NCBI GenBank assembly: GCA_051294905.1
Contig: CM119371.1
Location: 30,692,001 to 30,756,000 of the forward strand
Source of the DNA: Botryllus schlosseri
Taxonomy: Eukaryota
Reading direction: 5' to 3'
Length of the DNA: 64,000 nt
In this document: positions 12,101 to 21,135 of the stretch, in pieces
Position numbering within the stretch: position 1 is the first letter of the stretch
How the letters are laid out: each line of letters starts with the position of its first letter
Translations under genes and position numbers: made by a program
Notes under the pieces: model-generated
Told to the model about the DNA's origin: nothing
The model's input: only the letters and a program-made list of their open reading frames with translations
The model's database searches: none

Positions 12101-13393
12101 ATCGGTAACTATAAATGAGAAATCGGATATTTCTGACCGATTGTTCACATCTGTCAGTGAAACATTCTTAGGTGTAAATGTACCTAGAGTGTTCAGTTTA
12201 TGCAAGGATGCAGATTCGAACTCAGCATTAACCTTTTGCATAGCAGGTCTTCCCAGAGCGATCCATCTGTCTTTGGACATGAAATTTTCTCTCGCGCCAG
12301 TATCCAACTCAAATGACTGGATGTCTTCATTGATATGTACGTCAATTTCGATTTCTGGATAGGAACGTGTATGTTTAACACTTCTAACGCGACGGTTCTT
12401 ACGAACACCTTTCTCCGTCAACCTATCTTTCTTCTTGATACGACATGCTGGTTGAATGTGACCTCTTTTGTCGCAGTAATGACAGACAGCATCTACATAT
12501 TTGCATTCATCAGGAGAGTGTCCGCACTTGTCACATCGAAAACACGCCTTTTCAGAGAGGTTTCTTCCTTCCCCTTCATATCCAGCAACTCGACTCTTGG
12601 AGTTCTGGGCGTCTCCTTTACTTTTCTTTGTATAAGAAGACTTTACCACGTTAGTTTGAAACGGGATTTCGGATTTTGCACCATAAACGGTTTCTTTTGC
12701 TACCTTGGCGGCATCTTCCGTATCAGTTGCTGTTTTGACAACAGTCTCGAAGTTCAAAGAATCGCTTTTCAGTTTAAATACTGCCTTTAGAACAGCTTCG
12801 TTTCCCACCGAACACATAAATCGCGTGGACATCGCTTCGTCCAACGGATTTTTAATTGAAGAAAAGTCACATGTGATCGCGTCTTGCCTGATACGAGCAG
12901 CTAATTCTGGTATGGTTTCACCAGGTTTGCGCTTCATGTCGCTCCAAAATTTGTAGCGTTCTCTAATCACAAATTGCTTCGGATCATAGTGCTCCTTCAT
13001 AAAAGCGTTGATTTCTTCCACGGAAAGATCATTAATCTTCTTAGGATCGGCCTGCTGTGCAGCTATGTTCTGCAACATCTTGTAGACCACTGGACTTTGA
13101 TTCGTAAGGAATACATGGGCCACTTTATCATTCGGCACAGAGTTTGCGCTTACGAACGTACCGAAGCGTTCCCAATAATCGGTCCAGAGTTCCGTTGTGG
13201 AGTCAAATGGAGCAAATGGCTGAACTGACATATTATTGCTGACCGGCGCAGTGGAGACCGCCTGAGAAGATATTTGACGCAGTGTCTCCATCCATGCTTT
13301 CATCTGCTGTTCGTTATGTGCCCTCTGCTCGTCCAACTCTTTACGCTGCTGTTCTAACTGTTCCTTAAGAACGTTAACGAGTTCTTCGGACAT
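9179..13393 (-). CDS. Gag-Pol polyprotein (2 CCHC knuckles, protease, RT, RNase H, integrase)
   Basis: Uninterrupted ORF, likely ATG at 13393 (MSEELV). CFRCDKCGHSPDEC and CHYCDKRGHIQPAC; LDTGA; RVCGDY...YLDD; CDASEVGIG...TDHKPL; H-H-C-C zinc finger and HVDHA...SDN...NGAAEK integrase core. Gypsy domain order; no env or chromodomain seen. Confidence 0.97.
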   Translation of the reverse strand: MSEELVNVLKEQLEQQRKELDEQRAHNEQQMKAWMETLRQISSQAVSTAPVSNNMSVQPFAPFDSTTELWTDYWERFGTFVSANSVPNDKVAHVFLTNQSPVVYKMLQNIAAQQADPKKINDLSVEEINAFMKEHYDPKQFVIRERYKFWSDMKRKPGETIPELAARIRQDAITCDFSSIKNPLDEAMSTRFMCSVGNEAVLKAVFKLKSDSLNFETVVKTATDTEDAAKVAKETVYGAKSEIPFQTNVVKSSYTKKSKGDAQNSKSRVAGYEGEGRNLSEKACFRCDKCGHSPDECKYVDAVCHYCDKRGHIQPACRIKKKDRLTEKGVRKNRRVRSVKHTRSYPEIEIDVHINEDIQSFELDTGARENFMSKDRWIALGRPAMQKVNAEFESASLHKLNTLGTFTPKNVSLTDVNNRSEISDFSFIVTDIPNLNLIGRSGILKLGISIDALLYGNSVVKSLSNVDFSELAKRCEDISNEFPELFKSELGCLKDVKLDIRFKNDAKPIFCKYRPVPFAIRDELSQSYDVGIAKGVWQPVDFNDYGTPVVPIRKRSLPGSKSGKIRVCGDYSVTVNSQLETHRQPIPLAEELMQKLGGGYGFTKIDLADAYNQVQLSEESQKRLALSTHRGVLLQMRLPFGISSAPGYFTEIMNQMTADLKGVAVYLDDILVSGVDAADHMNNLRALLKRLQDKGLRCRREKCTFAQPSVEYLGHKLSSAGISKGSKVEAVLKMPAPSNISGLRSFLGQVQFYSKFLPNLSAVTEPLHRLTRKGIPWFWGKDEQDSFEELKKMLCADLLLVHFDPTKKLGLSCDASEVGIGCVLFHRSEDGSEKPISYMSKTLTETQRKYSQIHQEALAIIFALQKYHQYLYGRKFILVTDHKPLLALFGPSKAIPALAANRLARWALTLNQYDYDIEYRNTKQHGNADALSRLPFSHDSVFDKGEEEENMNIVSTVRTVSQQINPSDPGILAKESSKDPVISAVMRYTRVGWPENVASTKDQGYSIEDFRKISTCLSVENGCLFSGARIVIPSSLQRKVLDILHLGHFGMQRMKQLARSAVYWPRMDNDIVDTCHRCVSCCENQNAPKKASIHPWMLPEKPWMRVHVDHAIEFMGTNWLVLTDSYSKYPCIHPTNSVSSKETIGLLEQDFAHFGYPFTIVSDNASTFKSEEFQKWCKERGIIHLSGAPYHPSTNGAAEKLVDSFKRALRKSSLPAKAALQEFLMLYRRTPLASGLSPSQLLNGRQIRTMIDTLLPSPAHAAQGKQVREVEKQVKASVNRFTVGTPCYALYYGPKKNKKPKWVPATVTKVFGSRSVNVMVHPRGPTWRRHIDQLRPRYGIEEDSEPGITPDVPAFNYQRVVSPPRNNIVAMRHASPEVRELPEYGPHNPRRSKRTRKPRVILDL

Positions 13394-13507
13394 GTTGGGT
13401 GTGGTAGTCACGCACTTGAAGATATGTACGTGTCACGAATAAAACTTAGTCGCACTGCAACCTCTTCTTGGAAATGTTGAAATAGCTCAGATCCTATATA
13501 TCACAGG

Positions 13508-13525
13508 ATCCCATCCTCGTCGCCA
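13508..13525 (-). promoter_or_regulatory. Primer-binding site complementary to tRNA-Ser(GCU) 3' end
   Basis: + strand ATCCCATCCTCGTCGCCA equals the metazoan tRNA-Ser(GCU) 3' terminus plus CCA as I recall it; lies 9 nt inside the 5' LTR. Confidence 0.85.
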
Positions 13526-13534
13526 GAAACGTTC

Positions 13535-13731
13535 TGTTGTGTTCCTCCTAAACTATTTCTTGATCTTCTATCAAAGAAGGCTATACCGATGCAGTACAAG
13601 TACGACCACGTTTATTCACGACCAAACCTTAACAGAACTACGACACACGAAATACTAACGACGGCAGGAACACAGGAAAACAATCAATGAGCACGAGTCA
13701 TTATCGACAAACGCAAAGTAATTCCACAACA
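13535..13731 (-). repeat. 5' LTR
   Basis: Direct repeat of 8959-9155. Confidence 0.95.
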
Positions 13732-16473
13732 CTCACGTAATCAGATTCACTGGCGAGGGAGTGAAGTATCTTTGAATACGTAGAGCCCGTAAATAATAAA
13801 TAAACATCTTCGGGCGGGCGGACCCGTTGGTATGACTTCGTTACCTGATGTTATTTCGTGACCTCCAGTCTGACATATCAAAAAAATATAGAATCGCCCA
13901 AACGTAGGCTACTAAACTAAAAGATCACATGATTTCAAATTGGTATTTATTCACATGGCATATTATTTTTCCCTGCATGGTGGTATTTGTCTTGTGAGGT
14001 TCAGACTGCCAAGACAGGAACATTCAGTGCCAGTCATTCAGGCGCCTATAGACAATTAAACCTATATGTATTTTGTATATATAACAAAGTTTTCGGTCAG
14101 CATAAGGGCAGTCCTTTTCGGCCAAAGTTTTCTCGCTGTCGATCATTATGGCACACCTCTTGGAGTCGCATGTTACATGGCCTAGAACTTTCTATGTCTT
14201 GGTGAGTCGTGGCGCGGTAATGGTCAACCCCGATATGTCCATTTCTATAAATCTTGCGTATTTTGTCTTGGAGGAAGAGTACCAAATAATTAGGATATTT
14301 GGCAACTTGAAATTGCGCGCAGCGCGAAAAAGTTTTGTAAAAGTTGCATAAATTTTCATAAAATGCTCTAGAATTTATGCTAATTCACGAAATAATTTTT
14401 GGCCCCCTTCGAGCTCGCCCCCCTCCCCAATTAGGGGATTTGGGGTCCGGCAGTTTCGGCCCTGAGTATACATATGGTATATCTTACGCCAAGTTTGAAT
14501 CCGCATTCCAGTTGTTCAGTCTTTTACATTGCTGACAAATTTCCTCAAACTTGTTTAAAATTAACAAAAAAAATTTGAACAGGACATCAATTTATTTCAG
14601 GGTAGGTTGCACTGACACTTATCCTATATAATGCTGGTAGTGACTACAGAGAGCAAGACGTCGTCCTGTCCTGCCATGCTAAATTTGAACAGTTTTGTAA
14701 TTGAATTAAATTGTGTTGATTTAGGGAAGCCTAATTGAATGTGAAACCGGGCAACCGATATTGCATCTAATCCTGTCTTCGGCAGTGCAGTTCGCCAGCT
14801 AACAAAAACAGCCAACCAGCGCACCGACATTTAGGCAGCTGACAAAGCTATGAAGTAATGAATGACTTAAACGTGGGAATTGCTCTAAATCAGTGGTTCT
14901 TGACCTTTTTTTCTCCAGCACCCCCTTTTAAAAATTATCGTGTTCTAGCGCCCCCCCCCCACCCCCATATTTCCCTCCTTTTTCAGGTTTTTTGAAATGT
15001 TTTTCGAGAACACCGAAACGTCCTCCTTTATGGCAATTCGTCCTCCCTGACAGCTTTTAGAGCCAAGATGGTGGATAGTTTCGAGTGAAAACGGCATAAA
15101 TGATGCTATACAGGAAATCGTGGTTCGAACGTAAGCGACGACTTGTTTTGTCAACCAACGGAAAATCTTGATGGAAAATTATATTTCGAGAGTTGACCCT
15201 GAAAGTTGACCCTTCTATAGTCAACGAACCGCAATTTTGTGGTATTTGTTTCGGATTGTCCTCACGTATCGTAAGTCTGAAAATTTTGAAAAAGTGTCCT
15301 CCTTCCCGTTTTCAAAATATGGTAACATTGGTAACCCTACGTAACATAACTTCGTCAGTCCCACTAAAAACGATTGTCTTGGGCCCCCATATCGTGATAA
15401 ACCAAACTTCTGAGGGTTTCGCCCCCAAGAAACCCGTCGCGTGATTTCGATGGTCAGCAAAGTGTGTGTGGTCTGGTCGCTCTAGGCGCCAAAATTTTCT
15501 ATAATGCATGAATTAATAGGTGGTAATTGCATATATACATGTAATATTCTCTCAGCCCAAGTAATCAGATTTACCAGTAGCGCTGAGTGAGCTGTTGTAT
15601 GGGAAATGAAAGCCACGTAATTAATATTTAAACATGTTCCGGGGTGCCCGTTGGAACAATTACTTCATTACATGTTGTTATTTTGTCACCTATTGTCCGC
15701 CATATAGTCAAAAGATATTGAAACACATAAACGTATTAAATTTAAAGAAGCACATGATTCAAAATTGGTATTTCTTCACAGGCAAATAATTTGTTTCTGA
15801 TGGATGTTATTTGTCCATGTGGGGTGCATATTGTGACGACATGAAAATTCGGCACGGGCTATAGCACCTATGGACAATTAGATTTATTCACATCGAAGTT
15901 TACGGGCAATCCGCTTCGACTAAGGTTTTCTCGATGACAATCATTAGAAGCCTTTCTGATCGAAAATTTCTGTGGGATTTGTAAACACTGGAGCATGATT
16001 TCATGCTTATAACATTCCGAATTGGTAGGCTACAGGTAAAATGGTGAATTTAATCACTCAAAATTATCACACCGTTATTCACATAATATATTCACGGCCA
16101 AACCGTCAAAAAATAAATGACCAAGTCCTCAAGTCTGCCAGCGGCCATACTTTGAAAACGCTTGCTTAAACGCCAAATTTTCAGCTCGACTCCAATCTGA
16201 CACCATCCTCAAATACCATTGCCCGCCACATACAACTCGAAAGAACACTAAGAGAGCAATTAACATGGTCAAATCCGACGTGCGCCACTTGAAAGCTTTC
16301 GCACACCACTATGTTTCTACACGTCAAAACCACTGCCTTGAGTGAAAAACTTCATCCGCATCAATCTTGGTTTGTTGAAATACTGACAAATGAAAACGAC
16401 ATTTTCCACGAACTTCTTCATTATTTGACTTAAATACACCGCTCATCTCTACCGCTATCCTATACATGCCTTG

Positions 16474-16823
16474 TAGTGTGAAGTGGATAGACAAATTCTC
16501 TGGCCCGACTCCGATCAGGTTTTTCAATTCTCTGGTCCGGCTCCGATACTGCTCCGGCCATAAGTGAAAATTCCGGCCGGAAATCCAGCCCTACACGGTA
16601 CGGTGGTTCCGTGAATTTATAAATATGGCTCGTTTATTTTCGCACTGGCTCGGCGGTTACTTGCGTGTGGTTGGTTGGTGGTTAGTTAGGTACAAAAGTC
16701 ATGCTTATTCATAAAAATTCTGGCCGTATCAAAAAAGTACTGATCCGGCTCCGATCCGGTCCGGCCAAAATTGAAAAAATCCGGCCGGATATCCAATACA
16801 GCTCCGGTCCATGCTCCGCACTA
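16474..16823. mobile_element. MITE (hAT-like, TAG termini)
   Basis: Imperfect TIR TAGTGTGAAG / CTCCGCACTA; 8-bp TSD ATGCCTTG on both sides; subterminal TCCGGC repeats. Confidence 0.75.
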
Positions 16824-16961
16824 ATGCCTTGACGAGATTCGACGCTGATAATTCATGTATCACACCTGTATTTTTTTATAACTTATATTGCTGGTCATTG
16901 AAAAACTGGTATGAAGTACAGCGGTATTTATTGTTCCTTTTTGAGACTTCGTTGCACTAAC

Positions 16962-17108
16962 TTTCGTGTACGGCGCTTGCTTCTCCTTCCGTGCTGATTA
17001 TATCTCGAACGCCTTTGTCTTCAACGATCTGATCTCCAGCCACGACGTTGACATTGCACATTATGAATCTTTGTTCCACATTTTTACCTTCAGCCAACGT
17101 TGCGGATC
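16962..17108 (-). CDS. Candidate upstream coding exon, possibly of the NLR gene
   Basis: tattag|GA...GAAA|gttagt; 147 bp, open, phase 1-1, so compatible with the NACHT exon. No recognisable domain (SATLAEGKNVEQRFIMCNVNVVAGDQIVEDK...). Confidence 0.35.
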
Positions 17109-17497
17109 CTAATACATACGTGATTATTGTTATGCGTGCTAGGATAAGGAACATAGTATAATAACAAAATATGATATAAATATCGTTGGCATCATGATAA
17201 CCTTTGTCTCTTATTGACCAATATTTGGTGGAATTCGAATAACAATTCAACGATTACACATTGTTAATATTAATATTATTATTGAGTATGCATTAGAATA
17301 TGAGATGCATTACTAACCGCTTGTCCCGGTAGATCTTGCTGCATACATTGCATCAGAGACAGCAGAGCTTTGATCTTGATTTTTTGCCGACATGGTATTA
17401 ATCACGTGATACTAAATTACTGGCGTATGATAATACTAAAAATAAACGGATAGGAAATACAAGATATGATGAATTTTTCTGTGAAACAGTTTGGGAC

Positions 17498-18247
17498 AAT
17501 GGTTCCCAACTTTTCGGGCGTCGGAGCCGTAATTCAAATTTCAGAGTACGTTTGGAGCCACACGAATGCACTCATTAGGTAAAAAATTATAAAACATGAA
17601 ATCACGTACCAACGAATAGCAACACTAACAAGAAAAAATACACAAATCAATTTATTGTCCAACTTGGCATTGGCTTTGAGCTTCAAGAAGTGAGTCAAAG
17701 CGAGGCGTGATTGCAGAGAATGCAGTACGCAGTAGCTGCTTGAGGTGGTCATCGGCCAATCGAAATCGATTGCAATGGTGATTTTTTGATCCTGACCATT
17801 TTGCTAAAACGTGCTTCACATACATAAGTTGATAACAATGGAGAATCGTTTTTCAGTAAAATTGCTGATAAGTCTGTTGCATGCATCATATGATTCATTA
17901 GTTTGATGGTCAGACACCGTCGGAAAAAGTGTTGTAACACCACCTGCACTTAAGTTGGTGGTGAGCTGACTTAAATTAGATTGCCGATCTGAACGCATTT
18001 GAGTGTGAGTATACTTTTTGGTGCGAGTTTAGTAACGAAATCGTTTGCTGAGTAGAGAATCGCTATTCGACAGCAGACGAATTGGTCTCCATAGGTAATT
18101 ATAAACTCCATACTCCATGCCAAGCAAGGGTAATTTTTAAATATGATTTTTTTGTTATAAATTGATTTTTCAATATTTTTGTGGGGTTTCCAAGCGTCAA
18201 TGGGAGCCGCAAGAATGCCAGCTGGGAGACGCGGTTGGGAATCTCCG
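17498..18247 (-). mobile_element. Decayed hAT (Buster/Charlie-like) element with transposase C-terminus; present in each tandem unit, 5'-truncated in units 4-5
   Basis: Ends CAATGGTTCCCAAC / GGTTGGGAATCTCCG. Minus-strand frames give STYVCEARFSKMVRIKKS and DDHLKQLLRTAFSAITPRFDSLLEAQSQCQVGQ*, typical of the dimerisation domain and tail of GTF2IRD2/Charlie-like transposases. Confidence 0.75.
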
Positions 18248-19275
18248 GTTTGGGACTAAGAGCTCCGATGTACATGCAATATATTTCAGAATTCTCTTGA
18301 GATTACGATGTTGTACACAATCCTGTAAGCAGAAATACGAAACTCAGAGCATCCTCTGGTAGAAATGTGGCTACAGTTTTTCTGGCATTGTCATGCTTAA
18401 ATAAACATAAGAAATATTATTCAGCGAAACACAATCTTGCTTAAGTTGACCACAATAGAAAGCTGTGGTCACGTGCGTAAATCGCGTAACGTATAGCAAA
18501 TCCTGCTTGTAACTATAATTATCAAGTACAGGATGAATACGTTGTCGAAGGTTGTTCATGCCGACGCCGTGGCGATCGTAGAAATAAATTTTCAGGAAAT
18601 GGTACATTGTTTTCATGGTTCTCCTCACCCGATTCGATGTAAAGACCTATCTGTTATTAGAATATTGCCAAATAGTTTAGTTCAGCAGTTAAATTACTTT
18701 TGCATAGAGATGTAGCTTCATCACAAAAAAGCCCAACATTGCAATATACGAGAAATTGAGGGCCGCCCTCCGTGTAACATAGGTAGTCTGTAACCGACAT
18801 TATGCAAAATATTTGTGTCTCACGTTAAATCACATCTCATATCAAACAAACTAGTTGTATGCAAATTGGTGTAGTGAAAATTTCGATGGATTAATATCAG
18901 TGAATAACAATGAATACTTGGCGCTGCGAAGTTTTGTTTCGGTACATTATCGGAAGAGCTAATTTAAACCCAAGATGAAAGCAAGCTATTTTCGTGAAAT
19001 CTACGCTGAGACACATTTTCAAGTTTTGTATAAGCTTCTGAGGGTTCCGTTTGAAGATTTCATTGACAAAAAAATTGCTGCATAACTCTACACTACAGTA
19101 CTATTTTATCTCGCAAATTTGAAATAACATGAATTGATGCAGGCCATATTACTTTCATGCAGCTTTAGTTTGTTCACAAACCGGTCAATGCCGGTCTATG
19201 TTCCTCAGAATAGCATATATAGTATCCAATCTAGCAGGCACTCTACCAACTCACCAGTGCTACTCCAAGTCTGTG

Positions 19276-19600
19276 TTATTATTATTATTATCATCACACA
19301 ACGACAGGGGCGCTTATCGCCTGTTCAGGCCTTGTACGCCACGACAGAACATTTCGTAAATTTCAATGTCATTGCTTTGGGTCTCGAATCTCGAGGACGT
19401 CCTTTTCTTGCACGCGCACTCCCGTTCTTCATTCTCACTCGCATTCGTGCGTCCAATTTCTGGGATCTGCTGCCGAGTTTAGAGCTTGGCTCACTCTTCC
19501 TCAGCGCGTTTAAAGACGCTGCGCTAACAGCGGGATCGGATTCCCAATATTCTATGCGGTTTCCTGCGTGACGCTCGGGTGCATAGGTCGGCATTTTGAA
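19276..19600 (-). mobile_element. 3' fragment of an RTE-like LINE with (TAA)n tail; one per tandem unit
   Basis: Minus strand gives YWES...RARK...KC and, after a frameshift, CRGVQGLNR, resembling the RTE C-terminal C..C...C.S.IGL..H motif; followed immediately by a (TAA)n tail whose length varies between units. Confidence 0.5.
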
Positions 19601-20490
19601 TCGGTGTGGTGCGTGAATCAGTTTGCAATTGCTTCCGTAGTTAAAGTAAACTGGACGTTTCGCGAACTGAGCAATTTTGTTGCATCCGTTTGTATTGACT
19701 GTCAACATGCGACGAGCATAACATGTTTAGTCCGGATAAAATATCCCTGAACTGCAATAATGACACTATGTCTTACTTCACATATAAACGTTGCAACGTA
19801 AAGATAACGATCCACCAACACATCGATAAAATAGAACTTAAAGCCTACACCAGTGGAACACTCTTAGAAATATTTATATATTTACCCAAACTATACCAGT
19901 AAATTTGTCCCGTCAGTTATATTAACGGTAAATTCCCGTTAAATTAGTATACAGGCACGTCAAAATTAATTTTACTTGTTTTTAAAGGGTAAAAAATACG
20001 AATAAATTCGTAGATGCAATTTACGCGATAACCGGTATTCCAGATTTACTTTTGCGTCTGTAAAAGCAATTTTCTGATAATCTGTATTTCAGAATAACAT
20101 TTGCATACGTAAAAGCAATTTACTCTAATCAGTATTTGCAACATTGTGATTGGATTTACAATTCGATCATTTTACACGTTTACGGTCTTATTATGGGCAT
20201 ATATATGTGATTTGTGTTATTACATCATGCTTCAATCATCATGCAAATTACGACACCGAAGGCCGTGCTGAATGCTAATCAGTAAATAGCACTGTTGGTA
20301 TCCTAACATTTGGGGATTGCAGATAGCATCGTCTATATCGCTTTATAAATAGTATCCCTTGAGACATCAAGGTATAGCAATGATAGCATGCCAAGCATAT
20401 TTAGTATATTACGTAGTTTTACTGCAGGAATGAGCTTTTGCGTAAGTATCTGCTGGGCCAGTTCTGCCACTATTGTAGCCACTTTAACGC

Positions 20491-21135
20491 AGTGGTTCCC
20501 AGCTTTTTTCCACTCACGTAATATCTCGAGGTTTTATGCAGAGCTCGCGTACCACCTGTATAAGTTACGCTTGCCGAAGTCGATTAAAAACGTTTTTTCA
20601 GCCTTTATGACGTCATAATCAAGTATGTTACCTATGCGAGGTGTAATAAGGCTGGTTCGCAACCTTTTTGTCTTCATTCTCCCCTTCAGATTTATTCAAG
20701 AGTTTTCATTCCTCGCTACTCGAAACTCCTATATGTCCATTAAAATAGGCTTACCATAGAGTATCCTAAAGCTCCAAGAAAACTAGTGATTTTGAAAAAT
20801 TCTCGACCGATATTATTGTGTTGACTAAAAAAATAAGTCATAGTTCGACTCGGATCTCGATTTTTTACGAAGCTCTGACGTTCGCCGCATCGGAGTCGCC
20901 TTTTTCGTGGCTTTTAAATCCCTTTTAGAAAAGACCGGGACAAATTCTAAAAAAAGAGGACATTTAGGCGTCTTCCGAGGACACTTTCAATTTATAATTT
21001 CCGATACATACATTCCGGAGCAGTTAACTGATGACGGTAATCGCACATGAGTGTCCGTAAATATGTTGGCTAGTGTATATAATGTGCGTCTATTGCCTAA
21101 TAGTGGGGAATTTCCCACCGGTTAAGAACCACTAG
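20491..21135. mobile_element. Degenerate hAT-type MITE in the tandem unit
   Basis: CAGTGGTTCCCAGC ... GGTTAAGAACCACTA termini of the same class as other CAGTGGTT elements in the window; no clear TSD. Confidence 0.5.

Larger units (their letters stand above)
8959..13731 (-). mobile_element. Full-length Ty3/Gypsy LTR retrotransposon, Mag-like (4773 bp)
   Basis: Two 197-bp TG...CA LTRs (8959-9155, 13535-13731), 5-bp TSD CTCAC (8954-8958, 13732-13736), PBS, PPT and one gag-pol ORF. Confidence 0.97.
8360..14350. repeat. Dispersed repeat interrupted by the Gypsy element (uninterrupted homologue at ~51455-52565)
   Basis: 8360-8958 joined to 13737-14250 is colinear with 51455-52560; at 52031-52060 the site reads ...ctctgCTCACgtaatc once, with no insertion. 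Confidence 0.75.

Noticed and set aside
9275..13228. Overlapping and antisense ORFs within the Gypsy element (also 4895-5999 within the NACHT exon)
   Set aside because: Shadow ORFs of long coding sequences with no motifs of their own.
19325..19708. Basic 88-127-aa ORF repeated in the tandem units, as a protamine-like gene
   Set aside because: It is disrupted by a stop in units 3 and 4 and ends at a (TAA)n tail with an RTE-like motif in another frame, so a LINE remnant explains it better.
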